This document shows positions 63,911-64,000 of a stretch of DNA of 64,000 nt, in pieces; position 1 is the first letter of the stretch; each line of letters begins with the position of its first letter. A program made the translations under genes and the position numbers. The notes below the pieces were generated by a model. It was not told where the DNA came from, did no database searches, and worked only from the letters and a program-made list of their open reading frames with translations. Origin of the DNA: Vitrella brassicaformis CCMP3155 (lineage: Eukaryota; Protista; Chromerida); NCBI GenBank assembly GCA_001179505.1, contig CDMY01000897.1:124001-188000 (forward strand). Reading direction: 5' to 3'.

Positions 63911-64000
63911 AATGAAGGAGACCGGAACAAGGAGAAATGGCCACGATGGAGGTCCGGCAGAGGCATCACTGGAGCGCTGCATGATGGCGTAATGCACGAA

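Noticed and set aside
1-64000. tRNA, rRNA or transposase/reverse-transcriptase sequences
   Set aside because: None recognised by eye. tRNAscan, Infernal and a repeat library search would be needed to exclude small or degenerate copies.

Overview
Intron-rich eukaryotic DNA with GC-rich exons and short GT-AG introns full of (GT)n/(CA)n/(CAGA)n/(GATG)n microsatellites. Gene content and style suggest an alveolate, probably a chromerid such as Vitrella (inference). Most ORFs in the supplied track are exon fragments or off-frame noise, so I assembled genes by hand from splice sites. About 12 genes: (1) a giant IP3R/ryanodine-receptor-superfamily channel that starts upstream of the window and spans >23 kb, with a LamG/SPRY/ARM N-terminal region and a pore lacking the GGG(I/V)GD filter; (2) a doubly frameshifted F-box-like/TPR gene; (3) an OFA-type MFS transporter with apparent mutually exclusive exons; (4) an orphan multipass membrane protein; (5) an EEF1AKMT4/METTL13-like methyltransferase; (6) a signal-peptide protein with a frameshift; (7) a protein with FRG1-like termini; (8) a divergent RPL7A/eL8; (9) a hexose transporter; (10) an AMSH-like deubiquitinase; (11) a small coiled-coil protein; (12) an alveolate-type P4-ATPase-guanylyl cyclase fusion with intact ATPase motifs. 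All four head-to-head promoters and the cyclase upstream region carry the octamer TGCGAGCT. There is one 300-N gap. Family assignments come from motif recognition by eye, with no database searches. Domain and exon boundaries are approximate unless stated.
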